A stretch of 62,821 bases of DNA, counting the filler, from Choristocarpus tenellus KU-1152 (taxonomy: Eukaryota; Protista; Phaeophyceae), in the NCBI GenBank assembly GCA_964200185.2. It is 12 parts of 12 records of this genome, joined end to end, with 100 filler letters (N's around TTAATTAATTAA, not from the genome) between each part and the next. Parts side by side here need not be neighbours in the genome. Positions count along the whole stretch, not along the records: positions 1 to 10,470 come from CAXNAD020002911.1; positions 10,571 to 14,235 come from CAXNAD020018636.1; 10 more parts are not named here. One strand, written 5' to 3'. The notes beneath the pieces were generated by a model. The model had not been told where the DNA came from and did no database searches. It was given only the letters and a program-made list of their open reading frames with translations. The translations under genes and the position numbers were made by a program. Positions 1 through 13,500 of the stretch are shown in pieces. Positions within the stretch are counted from its first letter, which is position 1; every line of letters starts with the position of its first letter.

Positions 1-114
1 AAAATATATATATATATCGACAATTTATCCCACTCAATTTTGGGTCAAGTCCATCCTCAATGAAAAGCTCCGTCCTCAATTATTGAAATCGGCTGTTTAG
101 TGGATGTGCCTTCA

Positions 115-400
115 CGCCTCAGGTGCAGCAGCATATCGATACCATTGCTGGTGAATGAGTGTGGCAAATGGGATGCAACTTGCACTTCTCCAACAAGACA
201 TCCAGGACGAGGCTTTTGTCCCGGTACGGAAATGATCTAGCAACCACAAGTGCCCCAGCATGGCAGATCATATTCATCCAGAAATTCTGGTCCACTATGA
301 ACGGGCTACCATCCTCCATAGTGCAAGGGATGCCCACTCCCTTGCAACGTTGACCTAGACGCTTAACCATCAGCACGTGCTGGAATACCTATATTCTACG
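115..400 (-). mobile_element. Degenerate restriction-like endonuclease (RLE) region of a CRE-like non-LTR retrotransposon
   Basis: ORF 119-376 reads ...EDGSPFIVDQNFWMNMICHAGALVVARSFPYRDKSLVLDV, colinear with the RLE fragment at 38400-38520 (NLRMDLVFHEGALADAGTAPYQDKEAFF); RxD...LDV pattern. Confidence 0.55.
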
Positions 401-2545
401 TGTAGTCCTACCATCTTTTGCTGAACAATGTTTTTTAGGGAATAATCGGTCTAAAATATTTTTTGTTTCCCTCCTAAGCCTAATCCTAGCCCTAACTTCT
501 ACTTTTTTAGACCAACTAATTGTTGAACGTTATTGAGGGAGTGGTTGGCCTAAAATGTCCTTTTCTGGCAGGACCCTGGACTGTGACTCCTCTATTACGG
601 ATTTCGAATTCTCTATGGCCCACTTTCAAGGAATAACTTACGCACGCCCACAGTTACTCATGTACTTCTTTACTTCCATCATCAAATTTTGCACACATTG
701 GCCCCCCGTACTCTATTCTGGCCATAGGAAGTAAGCATTAGCCCACTACGGTGTTTGCACGTGACAGACAGCTTTACCAAATAAGAGGATTATCGCTCAA
801 CAACATCGTCACAACTGGTTCATCTGAATGTGTGCAATTCTCAAGGACGAGATGCAACTCTGTTGACAAGTCGTAGAGGAACCAAATATACAGGAGGATT
901 TCGTAGTGAGGGACACCACCAAGGAGAGAAAAAAAGGGGCTTCTTCAGCACATGTTAGTCTAAGGCACAGATACGAACACAGCAACGCAAATAGCACAGG
1001 CCATACTCCCACCTAGGTCTCTTGGATCCCATAGATCCCACCAAAGACATTTACCATACCCGCAAGGTCCGATAAGGGAAAGTCCTAATCCTCATGCACC
1101 TGCATAGACCTTTAATGACACCCCTTACATTGCCAGTTGTCGGGTGGCAGGAGGTAGGTCTAAAAAATAAGTTTTCGTCAGGATGACTGCCTACATACCA
1201 CTTTCTGGTAAATTGCAAGCAACCTCATCATAGAAGAATGAGTGCAAACATTGTTTGCCGAGGGTAGGTAGTGGAAACCATGTAGAATATCCCTGAGGGA
1301 CGCTTGTCTACCCTATGTGTGGCATTGGGTGTGTAAGGAAAGCCAAGTACCAGTCAGTGGGTCTAAGACTCATGTGCAAAGAGCTCCCTATAATAGTACA
1401 TCTGTGCGAAAATAACCGTATCTAGTTGGAACACGAATTTCGTTTGGGGGTCCTCATACATGAGCATCTAAAGACGCGTGCAAAGACAAAACAAGAGCCC
1501 GTTTTGTTCTTTCGATAAATTTTGGATAATGCTTTGCTTTACTCAGCATTAAATATACCTGTCTGGGAGGGGCTGGACCCCTCAGGGGTTGCGCATTTAC
1601 AAAGGAGGGACAGGGGAGAGGATGGTACGACACCATGTGGCTTATGTTCAAGTCATGAGAGTTGTGTCGAGGTCTACCAATCAATCCTACATAGATTGCA
1701 AGTTTCGATCAGAAGAAAATGGGAAAGGTGCTGCAGACTGAACACCTGTCTGTTCTGGGATAATGATAGAGGGTTTGGTGAGAGTAATTCCTAAATGACA
1801 ATAGAGGGTGTATCTATCTGTCAGGTATTGACCTGATAGGGACTAGGTAGATTTTTTATGGATTCTTTGAGAGACTACCGTACAAAGAGGAGGTTGGCAT
1901 GTTATTGTGGGCCATGAATAATGAGGATGTAACAACAGAGGGTCGTAAAGGTGATGAAGAAAGAAGACCATGCACGTAATGATATTTTGCAGAGAACAAT
2001 TTGTTAAAATGATAAAGGATGGAGAGATTGGTGGAAGGGTTAATTGTGATAGAAAAAATGTGCAACCAGTTCTCTCCTGTCTTGGAGGATTGCAATTATC
2101 ATCCTTGTCGGGTTTTGCATTGTGTCGAAGTCTCGTACCACATAACGGACAATGGCAGCAAAGGTGGTTTGCACCACAGAATGCACGCGAAAAGTCATCA
2201 ACGTGACCTTCTCATGATCAACGATCCCTCTCGGTTCTGCCTCTATTCCCAAATCGTCTGGTCTGTCCCGATAGGAGTATCTTTTCCAGCTTCACCACTG
2301 CAAAAGCTAAACGTGTTCCTACCTCACCTAGTTGTTGCGGCTCTAGAGTATCTTCTAATTTAATTGCAGTGCCATCAGAGTCACCTTGCATGAAGCTTCT
2401 TCCAGTCACTCCTGGAATACCCTTTTCTTCTTCATGGATCTGAGCATATCGTACCGTATCCTTCTCACGCGACTAGCAGTTCTGTACACAATAAACGCAC
2501 AGTTCACGCTTTGGTCTTCAGTACTTCATTTTCAATTATGCTACT

Positions 2546-2716
2546 GGGTCAAAGTATCTGGGGGGGTTGTCGGCGTCCGTTTTTCACCTTTTTTTCGATT
2601 TTCACTTTTTTGTGTGATTTGATCGCACGTGTCAGATTTGAAATGTCAGCAAAAAAGAGTTGTTTGACAGAAACGGATGCTCCCTCACAAACCACCCCCC
2701 CCAGATACTTTGAATC
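2546..2716. mobile_element. MITE family B (~171 bp)
   Basis: Inverted termini GGGTCAAAGTATCTGGGGGGG...CCCCCCCAGATACTTTGAATC; flanks TACT/TTCT (near 4-bp TSD); partial copies at 28163-28215 and 31219-31301. Confidence 0.75.
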
Positions 2717-4569
2717 TTCTCAAATGGGTGATGATATCAGTGATGTGAAACAGCATGGTACGATGTAGGAGAGGTAAAGTAGCTTGGTAAGGTGTAGGTT
2801 GTAGAGATGTACAATAGGACTCAAACTTCAAACAACTCGTGAAGAGAAGAAACAGATTATAGACCAGGTGCTGGCATGTATAGACCAACAGATAGAAGAA
2901 TAGATGGTCTGGAATTGCTTGGGTTTACACGGTATGTACATGATATGTTAAGAACATGAAAAAACACCTCTAGAAAGGAGTGCTGGAAAATTCTATTATT
3001 TTTTTTTTGCCCTCTAACATTTTGGAGATGTGTTATTTTTCAACATTTTGAATTTGGAGCCAGTATGCTCGAGCGCACTGTGGAGCCTTTGCGCGAGGAT
3101 GAGTGAAACGATCGCTAACTTACACTCAATACATACATACATACAGATGGATGGACGGATGGGAAATAGATGGTTTTGTATGTACGTGGTAGGGACTGAC
3201 AAGGTTTTCAGAGTTCCTTTGAGGAATTAGTACTCACTACTCTCTCGTACCCTTGGATTAGGTTTAGGGTTAGGAACTGGAGACCGGGCACAAGGGACTA
3301 GGTAATAATTTCCATGCTTGGGCGCCTGCTGCCCCATCAAGGGCCATGTGGTCAACTTGAAAAAAGGCTAGGGGTTTAAACAAGCGGCTTGTAGTACCGA
3401 GAGGAAAAGCGAAACAGGATTCGGAGGTGATATACTGTGAAGGAGAGGTGCAGGAATCGATAAATTGATCCCAGGTAAACGCCACATTTCCCAAAACCTT
3501 TTGGGATACCACATGGTACTGTCCCTGCTACTTTCCTCGCCAGGTTGAAAAGGAAACCATTGGGACCCTTTGTGCCTCCTTCCTCAAATACTTAGAGAAG
3601 AGATTTTCAACACACTGGGTCGAGGATGATGGGAAATTATTTCACCGGGTTAGCAATGGTAATGGCCTGTTATGCTATACTCTTGGAGAAGAACAGAAGG
3701 CTGGGCAGGAACACGGCACCAGGTACCAGTGACCAATTCTCTTTATATTTTTCTAGATCATGATATCACCGAAACACTAAAGAGTTGAAGGAGTTGGCTC
3801 TTTTATATATATTAGACATTTTGAAGATATGTCAGGGATTATTGCTTAAGATTTTGATTCGTCACATAGCATATAGGCACCACTGAGAATGGAATGCTAG
3901 AATCGTGCAGAAGGCTGCATTTCAGAGGGATAATTGTGACACCTCTTGAGGTTGTGTATGGTACGCCATCTATTGGGTCCAATAGTAGTGTCAAAATCTC
4001 ACTTGGTTTGTGAAAGTTGTCGTACTGAAGTTGGTCAGGCATATTTCTTCCCAGTAGAGATTTTAAGAAGAAACTAGATGGGTACCACCTTAGGTCATAT
4101 CATATGTGAGTATAGAAAGCGAAATTATACACTGATTTCAAATTTTTCTAGTTTAGGTACTCGGTTGAATGGACAATGATGGGGTCCCTGGTACTGGGTA
4201 ATGTAGGATCGTTGTGTGAGGTTTTGACTCCTTAAGCATAAAATAAAAAGTATTGTTTTGAGGTCTATTAATTAGAACCCTCCAGCCTAAGTCAATTTGC
4301 TTCTCCTTCAGCGTCAGGTAGAATTCTTCTTTTATATAAAGGACTTTCACCGTAGTCATGACGGTAGTATTGATAAAAGCCTTTAGCCTGGTGGGGCGCC
4401 AACTCACCTAAATTTCCTGTTTATACTACCTCTATGCCATAAGTCTGTTACGCGTTGTCCTTAACCTTTGAAGATGTTGATGAAATTCATTTCTAAAAGA
4501 TTTTGAATCCTTGACGACGAATTTCTGGATAGGGTCAGATCTTTTTCTTTTTATTACTCCCCATCCATC

Positions 4570-6110
4570 ACAATTTTATCAGCCCCAGAAAAGGCCTCCA
4601 TGTCTACCTTCAGCGTGTTTTCAAGCTCACCAGATAACTGCCTCTTCCCTTACCCCTGTGTGCTCCACACTGAAGTCATTCTCCCCTTTGTATCTAAGCA
4701 CTTGATTGTACACCACAAAAAGGAGCTGCCAAGCCCTCTCAAAAGCGTGGTTTCATCATACTCCTCACACTGTTTCTTAATTTCCTTCACCATCTCCTCA
4801 ACGGACCCAAACCGCTCCCCCATCACCCAGCACTTCAAAGACCTGAAGAAGCGTAGGTCCATCATATTGGGGTCGGGGGAGTTAGATGGCTACGTCACAA
4901 ACCTAATGGACCACTCCTCAGTCTTCCCTGTCCCTGACAAGATTTCTGAGTTGCCCTTGCCTGTGTGGGGGGTGGCACCGTCTTACTGAACGACAACGTG
5001 CTTCCCCTGCAACCAAGGTATCTTGGTCTTGATAGCAGGCAGTATAACTCCTCCATGTACCACTTCCACAAATGGTCTAAAGTACAGTCCTGCTCATACA
5101 CATCCCCCTTTTTATGGTTCTTGCTTGTCCTGTCGGTCGTTTTTGGCGCACACACATGCCAAACACCAGACTTTCCATCAAAGCTCTGAGCCGAATCTGG
5201 GCGGGCGTTGGCTGCAATGATCATGGTTTGGGGGATATGACTCTCGTGCTGCACAGTAGGGGACCTGGAAGGTCGCTATCATCCTCATGCAGAAATGTTA
5301 CAGGGTGGAAGTCTCGGTAGGACCTCCATGTTGCAGGGTGCTCCTCAGAACTCACCTCCACAAGATATGCAACTCAAATCCAATGACGTTAAAACGACGC
5401 TACGCGGGCGTCCACAGATGATAACCACGTACGGTGTCTGCTGATGCTTAGCTCAGTCAATGTCTCGTTTTTCGCTTTATCAAAAGAGGTAAATACCAAA
5501 AGAGCTGAGGGCGTGGTGATCTGCATCAGCCTTTTTTTAACATCATTCACCATTTTTCTACAGCCAAAGAGTTAAATGAAGTCTGCAAACTGCAAAGTAG
5601 ATAATTCAATCATAAATCTTTATTCTGAAACTTTCAGGAATTGACATCTATCCTGTAAGTTTATGTTTGCATTTCAAATCTTACTCGGCATCTTCTATCA
5701 ATTCAAAGTTCCTCCTACATGAATTCTTACGTATGTGTACTGTTCACGCATTTGGCACGCAGAAAGAAATGCTCACGCTATTCGCCTGTAACAGAAATAC
5801 CCTAACCCTTTCCCCATCAGCCATGGATTGTGTTTTCATGGAGGCGTACACACTACATTTCCGGCCCACTTGATCACAAACAAAGTCCATGCTCCATACC
5901 TTTTGCCGCAATTTAAGCTTGGGTTTGATCCAGCGGCGATTTGGCATGGCCCCCATGTCATCTAAACAACTGCTTATGGTGCTCATGCTACAATTCAGCC
6001 CCTTGGCAGCCATCTTCATTGTCACCTGACGCACTGTGGATGACCGATATTCGGAGTTGATACTATGTATTGCGGCCAACTTGGTCAGTGTGAGTTCTGA
6101 AGGTCACACA
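4570..6110 (-). mobile_element. Tc1/mariner transposase pseudogene, plant/oomycete-type mariner (DD39D-like; spacing here D40D)
   Basis: Minus-strand motifs IKPKL (5744-6079 ORF), HIPQTMIIAANARP...FDGKSGVW...RTSKNHKKG (4895-5254 ORF), VVVQ*DGATPH...T*PSNSPDPNMMDLRFF; in-frame stops; split by a repeat insertion at ~5329-5720. Confidence 0.85.
5329..5720 (-). mobile_element. Degenerate copy of the TGTTACA...TGTAACA solo-LTR-like repeat, nested in the mariner
   Basis: Reverse complement matches the 3' part of 34736-35288 (gcgtcgtttt..gttggatttgagttgcatatc..tggaggtgagtt; ataaag.tttatgattg). Confidence 0.65.
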
Positions 6111-6594
6111 CTACGTGCTGCCACCCCTAGGCCAAGCGTGTGGCCACAGGTGAGCTGATGGGCAACGTCCTCCCAGAGCCCTCACATGTAACCCTCGGAC
6201 ACTCCAAACTCCACTGCGAGGGTCGGCCCAACGTGTCACGGCAGTTTATGCTCACCAGGGACCATCACGAGGGCGTGCCACACTGCAAGCGCAACTCTGG
6301 AGTTCAGGGACACTTGGTCACCCTTCCTACGCGGGGGGGTCAAACAAAGGGGTTGTCATGCCGACGTTATGACCCTTGACGTGCCCAGTTCTGGCCCCCA
6401 AATCACCCCAAACGATCCCTACTTTGACGGCTTGAAGCACTTCGAGTTTGTATCTGAAAATCCTCGACCCCCACCTTTTCTGAAATCTGAGATGTTCAAC
6501 CTGACTTCATCCTGTGGGGTTATCGTCCGATTCGGCACCGTTCTCGCTGGTCAAGCCCAGATGTTTCACGGCACGAACTTATGGCACAGAGGAA

Positions 6595-6720
6595 GTATTT
6601 TATTATACCCTCTGACATTTTACAGATGTATCAGGGAAAAAGCCAAACCAATATCACAAGGACATCTGTAAAAGTAAGAGTTGTCGTAAATGTGAAAGAT
6701 ATCTCCCTAAAATATTTTTT
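6595..6720 (-). mobile_element. Short 5'-truncated LINE 3' end (same family as 37790-38835)
   Basis: ttattataccctctgacatttt...gtcgtaaatgtgaaaga matches 37800-37910 and 38555-38665. Confidence 0.55.
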
Positions 6721-8689
6721 CCGTTTATGGAAATTGGCACCGGGTGGAGTGTAAAGACTGTATGCATTTGCCCCAAATGATACAGGTGCTTCCAATATAC
6801 CGTCAACAGTCTTCTGTCATACCGTACTACCTACTAAACTCTGGTCAAAACTCTCTATTATATTATAATGCCCCCTTTCAATTTGCAGAGGAAAACCAAA
6901 AGCTATCTTAAATCGCTCCATTTAGAGAGCATGAGACAGAAGATAGAAGCTCTCGTTGGGGGTCCAATGTTGCCCTTTCACCCTAGTCAAGCAAGGTAGG
7001 GGAAGGAGGGGCACACTCTGACCTGATACGAAAACCCTTTACCCTGCCCCAAATTAAATGTAGAGGCCTGTTACTATTTGATATTTCTCCTCCTTCAAGA
7101 TTTACCATACTGTTTGCCTCTGTGCGAAGACACGTAAGCTCAACAAGACAACACATTGTTCCTTCTAGCATTTTAGGTGGTAAGGTATTGAAACATAGGC
7201 TATCCTTGGAGGCGCATAGATACAATTCAGTACATTCTTGTCAACTATTATTGTCCAATTAGAGTGTGACTATACAGATATGTCAATACCTACTGCATAC
7301 GGACCCCTGGCGTATGTACCCATTCCTTGCACACTGTTCCCTTTGCATGTTCATTGTTGTCTGCATTCATGAATTTGTACTCTGTATCAGGCATACAAAC
7401 TCCATACGCTACCGCTAATCTCGTGCCACATAGTTGTTGACACACAGACTTGAGACTTATTTGTTTTTTATGGATATGGTACCCGGTTCTGACTTCTGTA
7501 TCTAAAGCCAGAACTTGAAGTTGACTTCCTTCCTTGCTACCTTGAGATCACTCTGCTTTTCATCCAAGCTGCAACACATCAGGATATATATATATTCAGA
7601 ATTTAACATCCTCAACCTTCCTCTGCACAAGGCAACAAGCCTCTTCTCAGTATACCGTTTCGCATTAATCAAATCAACACTGATTCCTCTACCAACCAGG
7701 CCTCTTCTGAGAGCATGGCACATCAGGATTGATTCATGCCTAATTGGATTCAATCAACCAAGTCTTTTCTCAGACCATGACGTGTGATGCAACATACTGC
7801 AATAAATATATGCTTCAGTGCACTAGGTCAACCTTCGATTCACAACACAACCAACCTTTTTCACAGAGCATTCACCTTGAAGTACCACATTGTCACCATT
7901 CCGTACTTCAGTGTACTGGATTGTTGTTTCAATGGTTTCAAAGTGAGGATTCATTTTTTCTCGCGCACAAGATGATTTGAGAGACGTCTCAATTATTCCT
8001 TCTAATATGCCATACTCGTCAGAGAGTTTTAGAACTTCAGAATATGCATTGACACCTGGAACCACCAAAAATCTTGGGGAATACTCTCCATCTTGAAGAG
8101 CAGCTTCCAACCGTTGTGGAAACCGCTCTAAATTGAGAAAAAAGTGTGGGAATAAAAATGCTCTGACCAAACATGGAAGGCGAGAAAGTGGTCTGGTCAG
8201 TCGTTGGGCATTATTGGGCGACTATCCTGCGAAGAGGGACGAACAGATGGACTCGGGTCCAAGCACATATTCTCGTAGTCAAATAGTAAATTATTTTTTG
8301 AGAGGTATGGTTTACATTAACGACAACTGTTACACTTTAAAAGAGGTACTTGAGATGTAGGTTTGAATTTCCCCTGACACATCTACAAGATGTGAGAGGG
8401 CAAAATGACATCATAATTATTATCGTCTGAACTAATTCCTAAACCTTCCAGTCTAGGAGTGTAGCTTCCTGCGGGTTTTGAGATTTGACATGTCGCTCCA
8501 GTCATGGTAGATGGGTTTGCCGAAGATATATTTTTCAGCACTATCACCGCAAAGTCTGCCAGTGAAATCAGATCTGTACCACATGTTAGGAACTTAACGA
8601 AGCATTTGTACCTGTTTTATCAAATGCTCTGCTTACTGAAAGTGAAGCAAAGGATTTGATCAAAGTTTGTGTCAGATACAGGCCTATTC

Positions 8690-9060
8690 TCGCCCTTCCA
8701 AACAAAAATTAGGTCAATGTAGCACACAGGGTGCTGAAGTTCAAATGGAACCATGGACAAATCCAGCTAATAGTGGTGCAGCATATAGGGTACTCCCTTC
8801 CATCTGTGATACCATTCGCAAGTACCTTAAGACATATGGAAAATCAAGATATTGTACGTACGTCCACCAGTCCATGGTCGTCACCTTTCACTCTTGTAGT
8901 TGAAGTTGATGGATCGCGTCGATTTGATCTCACAATAGACACATACGCTCAACACCCAGTCTACTCGTCGTGGACCTCACAACCAATAATATAAAATTGC
9001 CTCGATAATTTTAGGGATGTGAATACTTTGAGTTTTATATGGATATCCAATCTGCTTATT
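8690..9060 (+). mobile_element. Ty3/Gypsy reverse transcriptase N-terminal remnant
   Basis: Frameshifted AYRVLP...IRKYL then MENQDIVRTSTSPWSSPFTLVVEVDGSRRF, the canonical Gypsy S.SPWSSP..LV.K.DGS.RF motif. Confidence 0.75.
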
Positions 9061-9766
9061 GACATAAGTAATTTTCAGACGAAGAGGAGCAATGAAAGTC
9101 TGACTCCGTTATAATACCAAATGCGGAAGTAGAGGAACTTCGGTAGTGTTTTTCTTTCCTTTTTCCCCACATTTTTATGGTAATAGCCTCTCATACTTGC
9201 TTGCATTCGCGACTTATTTTCTATTCTTGTGTTTAAACTAAATGCAGTGTAATAGATCAGTTTTCACGTAGTGTTTGAGACAATTTCAATTCACCGAATT
9301 ACATTCAACATCGTTAATGTGTAAATCCCACACCAACAACGAGGTAATCTCAATATATCCCATCGGCAAACTCGTAACTCAATCTACATCACCCCCTTAC
9401 TCCATACACATTACTTTCATATCAAGGGTAAAGAGGCACCTATATTTTGTTTTGGTCTGACTCTGGCATACAACTAGAGGATTAAAACAATTACGTGGAT
9501 GTAGAGGAGTTTTGGTATTGTTTTTCTTCTCGTTCAATTCCACCTCATTGAAGAGAAGGAATGCAACTTCTCTCACTCCTCTGCATTTTCGACCTACCCT
9601 TTACTAGTTTATTTTGAATTTAGGAACGTAGAAGAACCGTATTCGTTATCCCTGATGGAAAATGGGAGTTTCTTCGATAGCTGTTTGATGTCAGCAATGC
9701 ATTGTAAGTAGCGTTAAATACGCTCAAGTCGAAAATGTTTTCGACTTTGGGTTGTCGTTTGATAAA

Positions 9767-10363
9767 TTTGTTTTGCTCACGAATTCTGGATTATTATTAT
9801 TTTGCTCATTCCTAATTTGCCATTCCTCTATTCTCTATTCCCCATTTGATGGCCAACCATTGTCAATGCCCTTTGTCACTGATTGCCAGCCATCCCCCAC
9901 ATTCGATGACCAAACAGTGCGAAAGCTCTTCGTCACTGCTTGCCAGTCATCCTTTCAACCCACAAAAGTTACCACTCCTCTCAACCCCACAGCAATTCTC
10001 ACACTACTCAACACCACTCCCACAATCATCCAAGAACACACCTTCATGATCCACTTCAAACCGTGCCTTTGAGCTAGAAGACATCTACTCCGCCGTAACT
10101 TGACCTCCCCTCCCCCCCCCTTTTCCCAGCGTTTCCATCGTCCGTGAGCAAGCGACAGGGTGGGTGGGTGGGAGAAGCTTGCTCGGAGGTTGCCTTGGTC
10201 TCCCCTCCTCGTCTTGTACCCCTGGTTTTCTTTCCCTTTTTTCGCTGACTGGCTGCTGTCCTTCCCTTTATCTACCACTCATTTCCATTAACCATCTCGT
10301 CCCTTCCTTAACTATTCCTTCTCTTCCCGCTTCCTTCTTTTTCTTTCCCCCACCCACTCTGTT
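9767..10363 (-). mobile_element. Non-autonomous ~600-bp deletion derivative of the YR retrotransposon at 39483-44913
   Basis: Reverse complement of ~10175-10363 matches 39483-39673, and of 9767-~10120 matches 44540-44913 including the 57-bp tandem repeat; no coding region between them. Confidence 0.85.
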
Positions 10364-10470
10364 GAGAAGCTTGACGCACATGAGGCTCGTCGCCGGAAGC
10401 TAGCTGTTGAATTACATGGTAAAGCACACACTGAATTATTAATTGCCTGTCAACCATCCATCATCACTGA

Positions 10471-10570
10471 NNNNNNNNNNNNNNNNNNNNNNNNNNNNNN
10501 NNNNNNNNNNNNNNTTAATTAATTAANNNNNNNNNNNNNNNNNNNNNNNNNNNNNNNNNNNNNNNNNNNN
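10471..10570. other. Artificial contig linker N44-TTAATTAATTAA-N44 (first of 11)
   Basis: Identical 100-bp block with stops in all six frames at 10471, 14236, 19160, 22610, 25455, 28063, 31302, 38975, 48376, 53046 and 58418. Confidence 0.97.
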
Positions 10571-13500
10571 CGGAGGGGCGTTGGGGTCGATAGCAAGGTC
10601 TCCGCCTATCCCACTCCATTCGGTGCTGTGCATGTATTGCTTTACGCTAACCTTAACCCGCCCATCACCGCCTTTTTCAACGCGAAAAGCCCTGTAGCTC
10701 GTGATGTTGGGGACACGGTTGACACCGCGAAGGAGTCCCTTGAAGTTTCCCTCGTTCCGCAGGGTCTTGCAGTAGACTGGAACCTCCGTGTAAGAGGCCT
10801 GCAGCTCTTCACCCAGCTGTGTTCTTGTGAATATGTTCTTCCCGTTTATACCACGTGAGAACTGAAGGTGAAATGCAAGGAAGTTAATTTTGAGGCGAGG
10901 GCAAAAGAAACGAAGTGGAGAAGCAATGTATATATGCAGGCATGTGCTCCGATGCATGTATATGGAAGTATAGATATAAAAAGGGGTGATGCGTACATTT
11001 TTTTATTGTCTTGTTTCGAGAGTAGGTTACGAAACAGTTTTGGCAGCTGCTCTTATCGTTCAATTTTGTTGTGGGGAAATCAAAATCAATCAATAACAGT
11101 GTATGACCATAAACCTTCCATGGATGCAACAAGCGTGAGCTGCAAGCCTCAAGGCAGTATCTGAACGTATCAAAACACTATGTGGCTATCACACTTGTAT
11201 ATCTTGCCTAATTACCTGGAGAAGATCTGATCGATTTTGATGTGCGTGTGCCCCACCATCATAAAATGTATCTCGACCACACGAATGACACTCGCTGCGA
11301 CCAACAGCCCCGCATATCCGAGAAAGGAATTGTTCTTGTTCTCTGAGAAGCAGTTGTCGACCTGGTCAGTTTGGGGAGTTGGGAGCGAGGGAGGGATAGG
11401 CGTGAGGCCGATATGTCAGCGCATTTAGCCGCGTTTCGTGGAGGAACAGGGTATGTTTTCACTACTGCTAGAGCGCAAGCTCTACATCACCGCCATCATA
11501 CATGCAGGTTGCAACACACAAACCAAAACTAAAGACCGTGCAGTTAGTTAATTGGTGACCGGTATTCAGCGAGTATGTGTTGAGTAGGTCGTGTCAAGAT
11601 GAAACTTTCTTACCTGCCAATCCGCGTGCTGGATGATGCAACTCCCGGCGTGATCGAGGCTGTTGTGGTACTTGTCGATAAGCCTTGTGGGGGCAAGGTG
11701 GGTGGGTGGCTGTGCAGACAAGGTTACAACCTGCGCGAACGATGATGTCCGTCGTTAGTTGGCAAATAGTACTCTGCTTACTTACACATTGTTTAATTGG
11801 AGCTAAAAAGAGGGGTAATGGAATTTGTTTTTGCAATGTAGAGCACATACACCCAAATGGCTGATATACATGTCTGTGGGTTTTCCTCCTCGTTGATTAG
11901 CTCTTATGCTCCTCTCGCCCTAACCTTAGGCTGAGGCGTAGGAGGGCAGGGGAGCATAGCGCATCATCAGTTAATCGACAGTTCACTAGGCCTGCGGTAC
12001 CCGTAGGCACATCGTGTAAGGATGTACTCGTCCTCGGGTATCTAATCTGCGGCAGGTCCACTCGCCACGACGGTAAATCAAGTGGTGCGTGCGCAACCAG
12101 CATCTATTCAGTAATGTGATTGTTCGCCATGACCCACAATACGTACCTCCTCCAAGATTGATAGAGTGAAGAACACCTCTGCGAACTGTCCTTCGACGTG
12201 TGTGGCCATGATCTTCTGGCGCTTGGAGTAGCCCCTGATAAGAAGGACATGAACCAAAGAAACGTGTAAAGAAAGGTTCTACGGTGTGTCGTCATCATGA
12301 TGAACGGAATAGGTAGTGGAATTATGTGCGTCTGTTTTGGCGGTTACTTCTTGTGGTTCATGCACTCATTTGTAGAATAAAACAGGGTCGTCTATTCTGT
12401 TCTGCGTGCGGCTGCAAACTTGTTGACAGATGGACTATGCGTGCGTGTGGTTACCTTTCACCTCTGTGGGTAGGTGGGTAAAGTGCTGGGAGGGTGTGTG
12501 CTGTCTGGTTCGCGGCATCTACGGACATGAACACGAAGCCGAGAGGTTTGCTGTCGGCTTTGGCCCGCATGGCGCTACTGGTGCTGTTGGCGATGACCAG
12601 TCAATCCGCTTGGATAATCTGGTGAATAGGGGAGAGCAACATCACTTCTGTAAATGAAATAAATTTGCTCAGAATTGTAAAAAAATGGCCACATGTTAGC
12701 ACGTATCAGGTTAGTAAAAAAAATGGAGTGTAGGTAACAATAAATATTTGTCTTTGGATATGTTTTTTATTGCTGCGTTCAAGACAAACACAGTATTATC
12801 GGGATGGTAGGAAGTACGTACGTACAGGGCCGGAAGACTGCTACATGACCTGTCCCTCCCACAGCCTGTTGTAGACGACCAGGAAGCAGTCTATCATACA
12901 AGGTGTTTGGGCAGGTAATAACACTTTTGCAGTGAGTGAGGCTGCTGCTGCTGCCATAAGCACCTGCGTGGGAGTCTTCATTTGCAAAAGGCAACAGATG
13001 TTCTTCCTAATGGAGGGCAATGATGGCGACATGTTGCCACTGTACGCTTATCGCAAAATAAATGCTGGACACCTACCTCTTGATGGTCTGACAGCTCCTT
13101 TTCGATGGACTCGAGGACGGTGAAGTTGTTCATGCGTTTTACACCAGGCGCACCGTGCCGCTTCTCTTTTAACGTGACACATATGTCACATTTCATAAAC
13201 TCGCCTCCTACCCTCACCCTGATGTTGGGCCTGTCCTCTCTGAGCAATCGGAGGAAGTGCGGCCTGCTTACCCTGCTTACCCGCTTGGAAGGGTCGTCAG
13301 GATACACCCGTATTGCCTCTTTGCAAAAATCCTTGTATAGCTCCTAATTAAAAATGTTGGTTGTGTGGGCAAGTGAGGAGTTATTGAGAAGGAATACTCG
13401 AAGAACACCCCTGCAAGATCTCTCGAAGGCGGGCTGACCAATGACTTGATTGAGAACGCGGAAGACAGAATCAAGCAAGCTTACATCGTGCGTTACGAAA

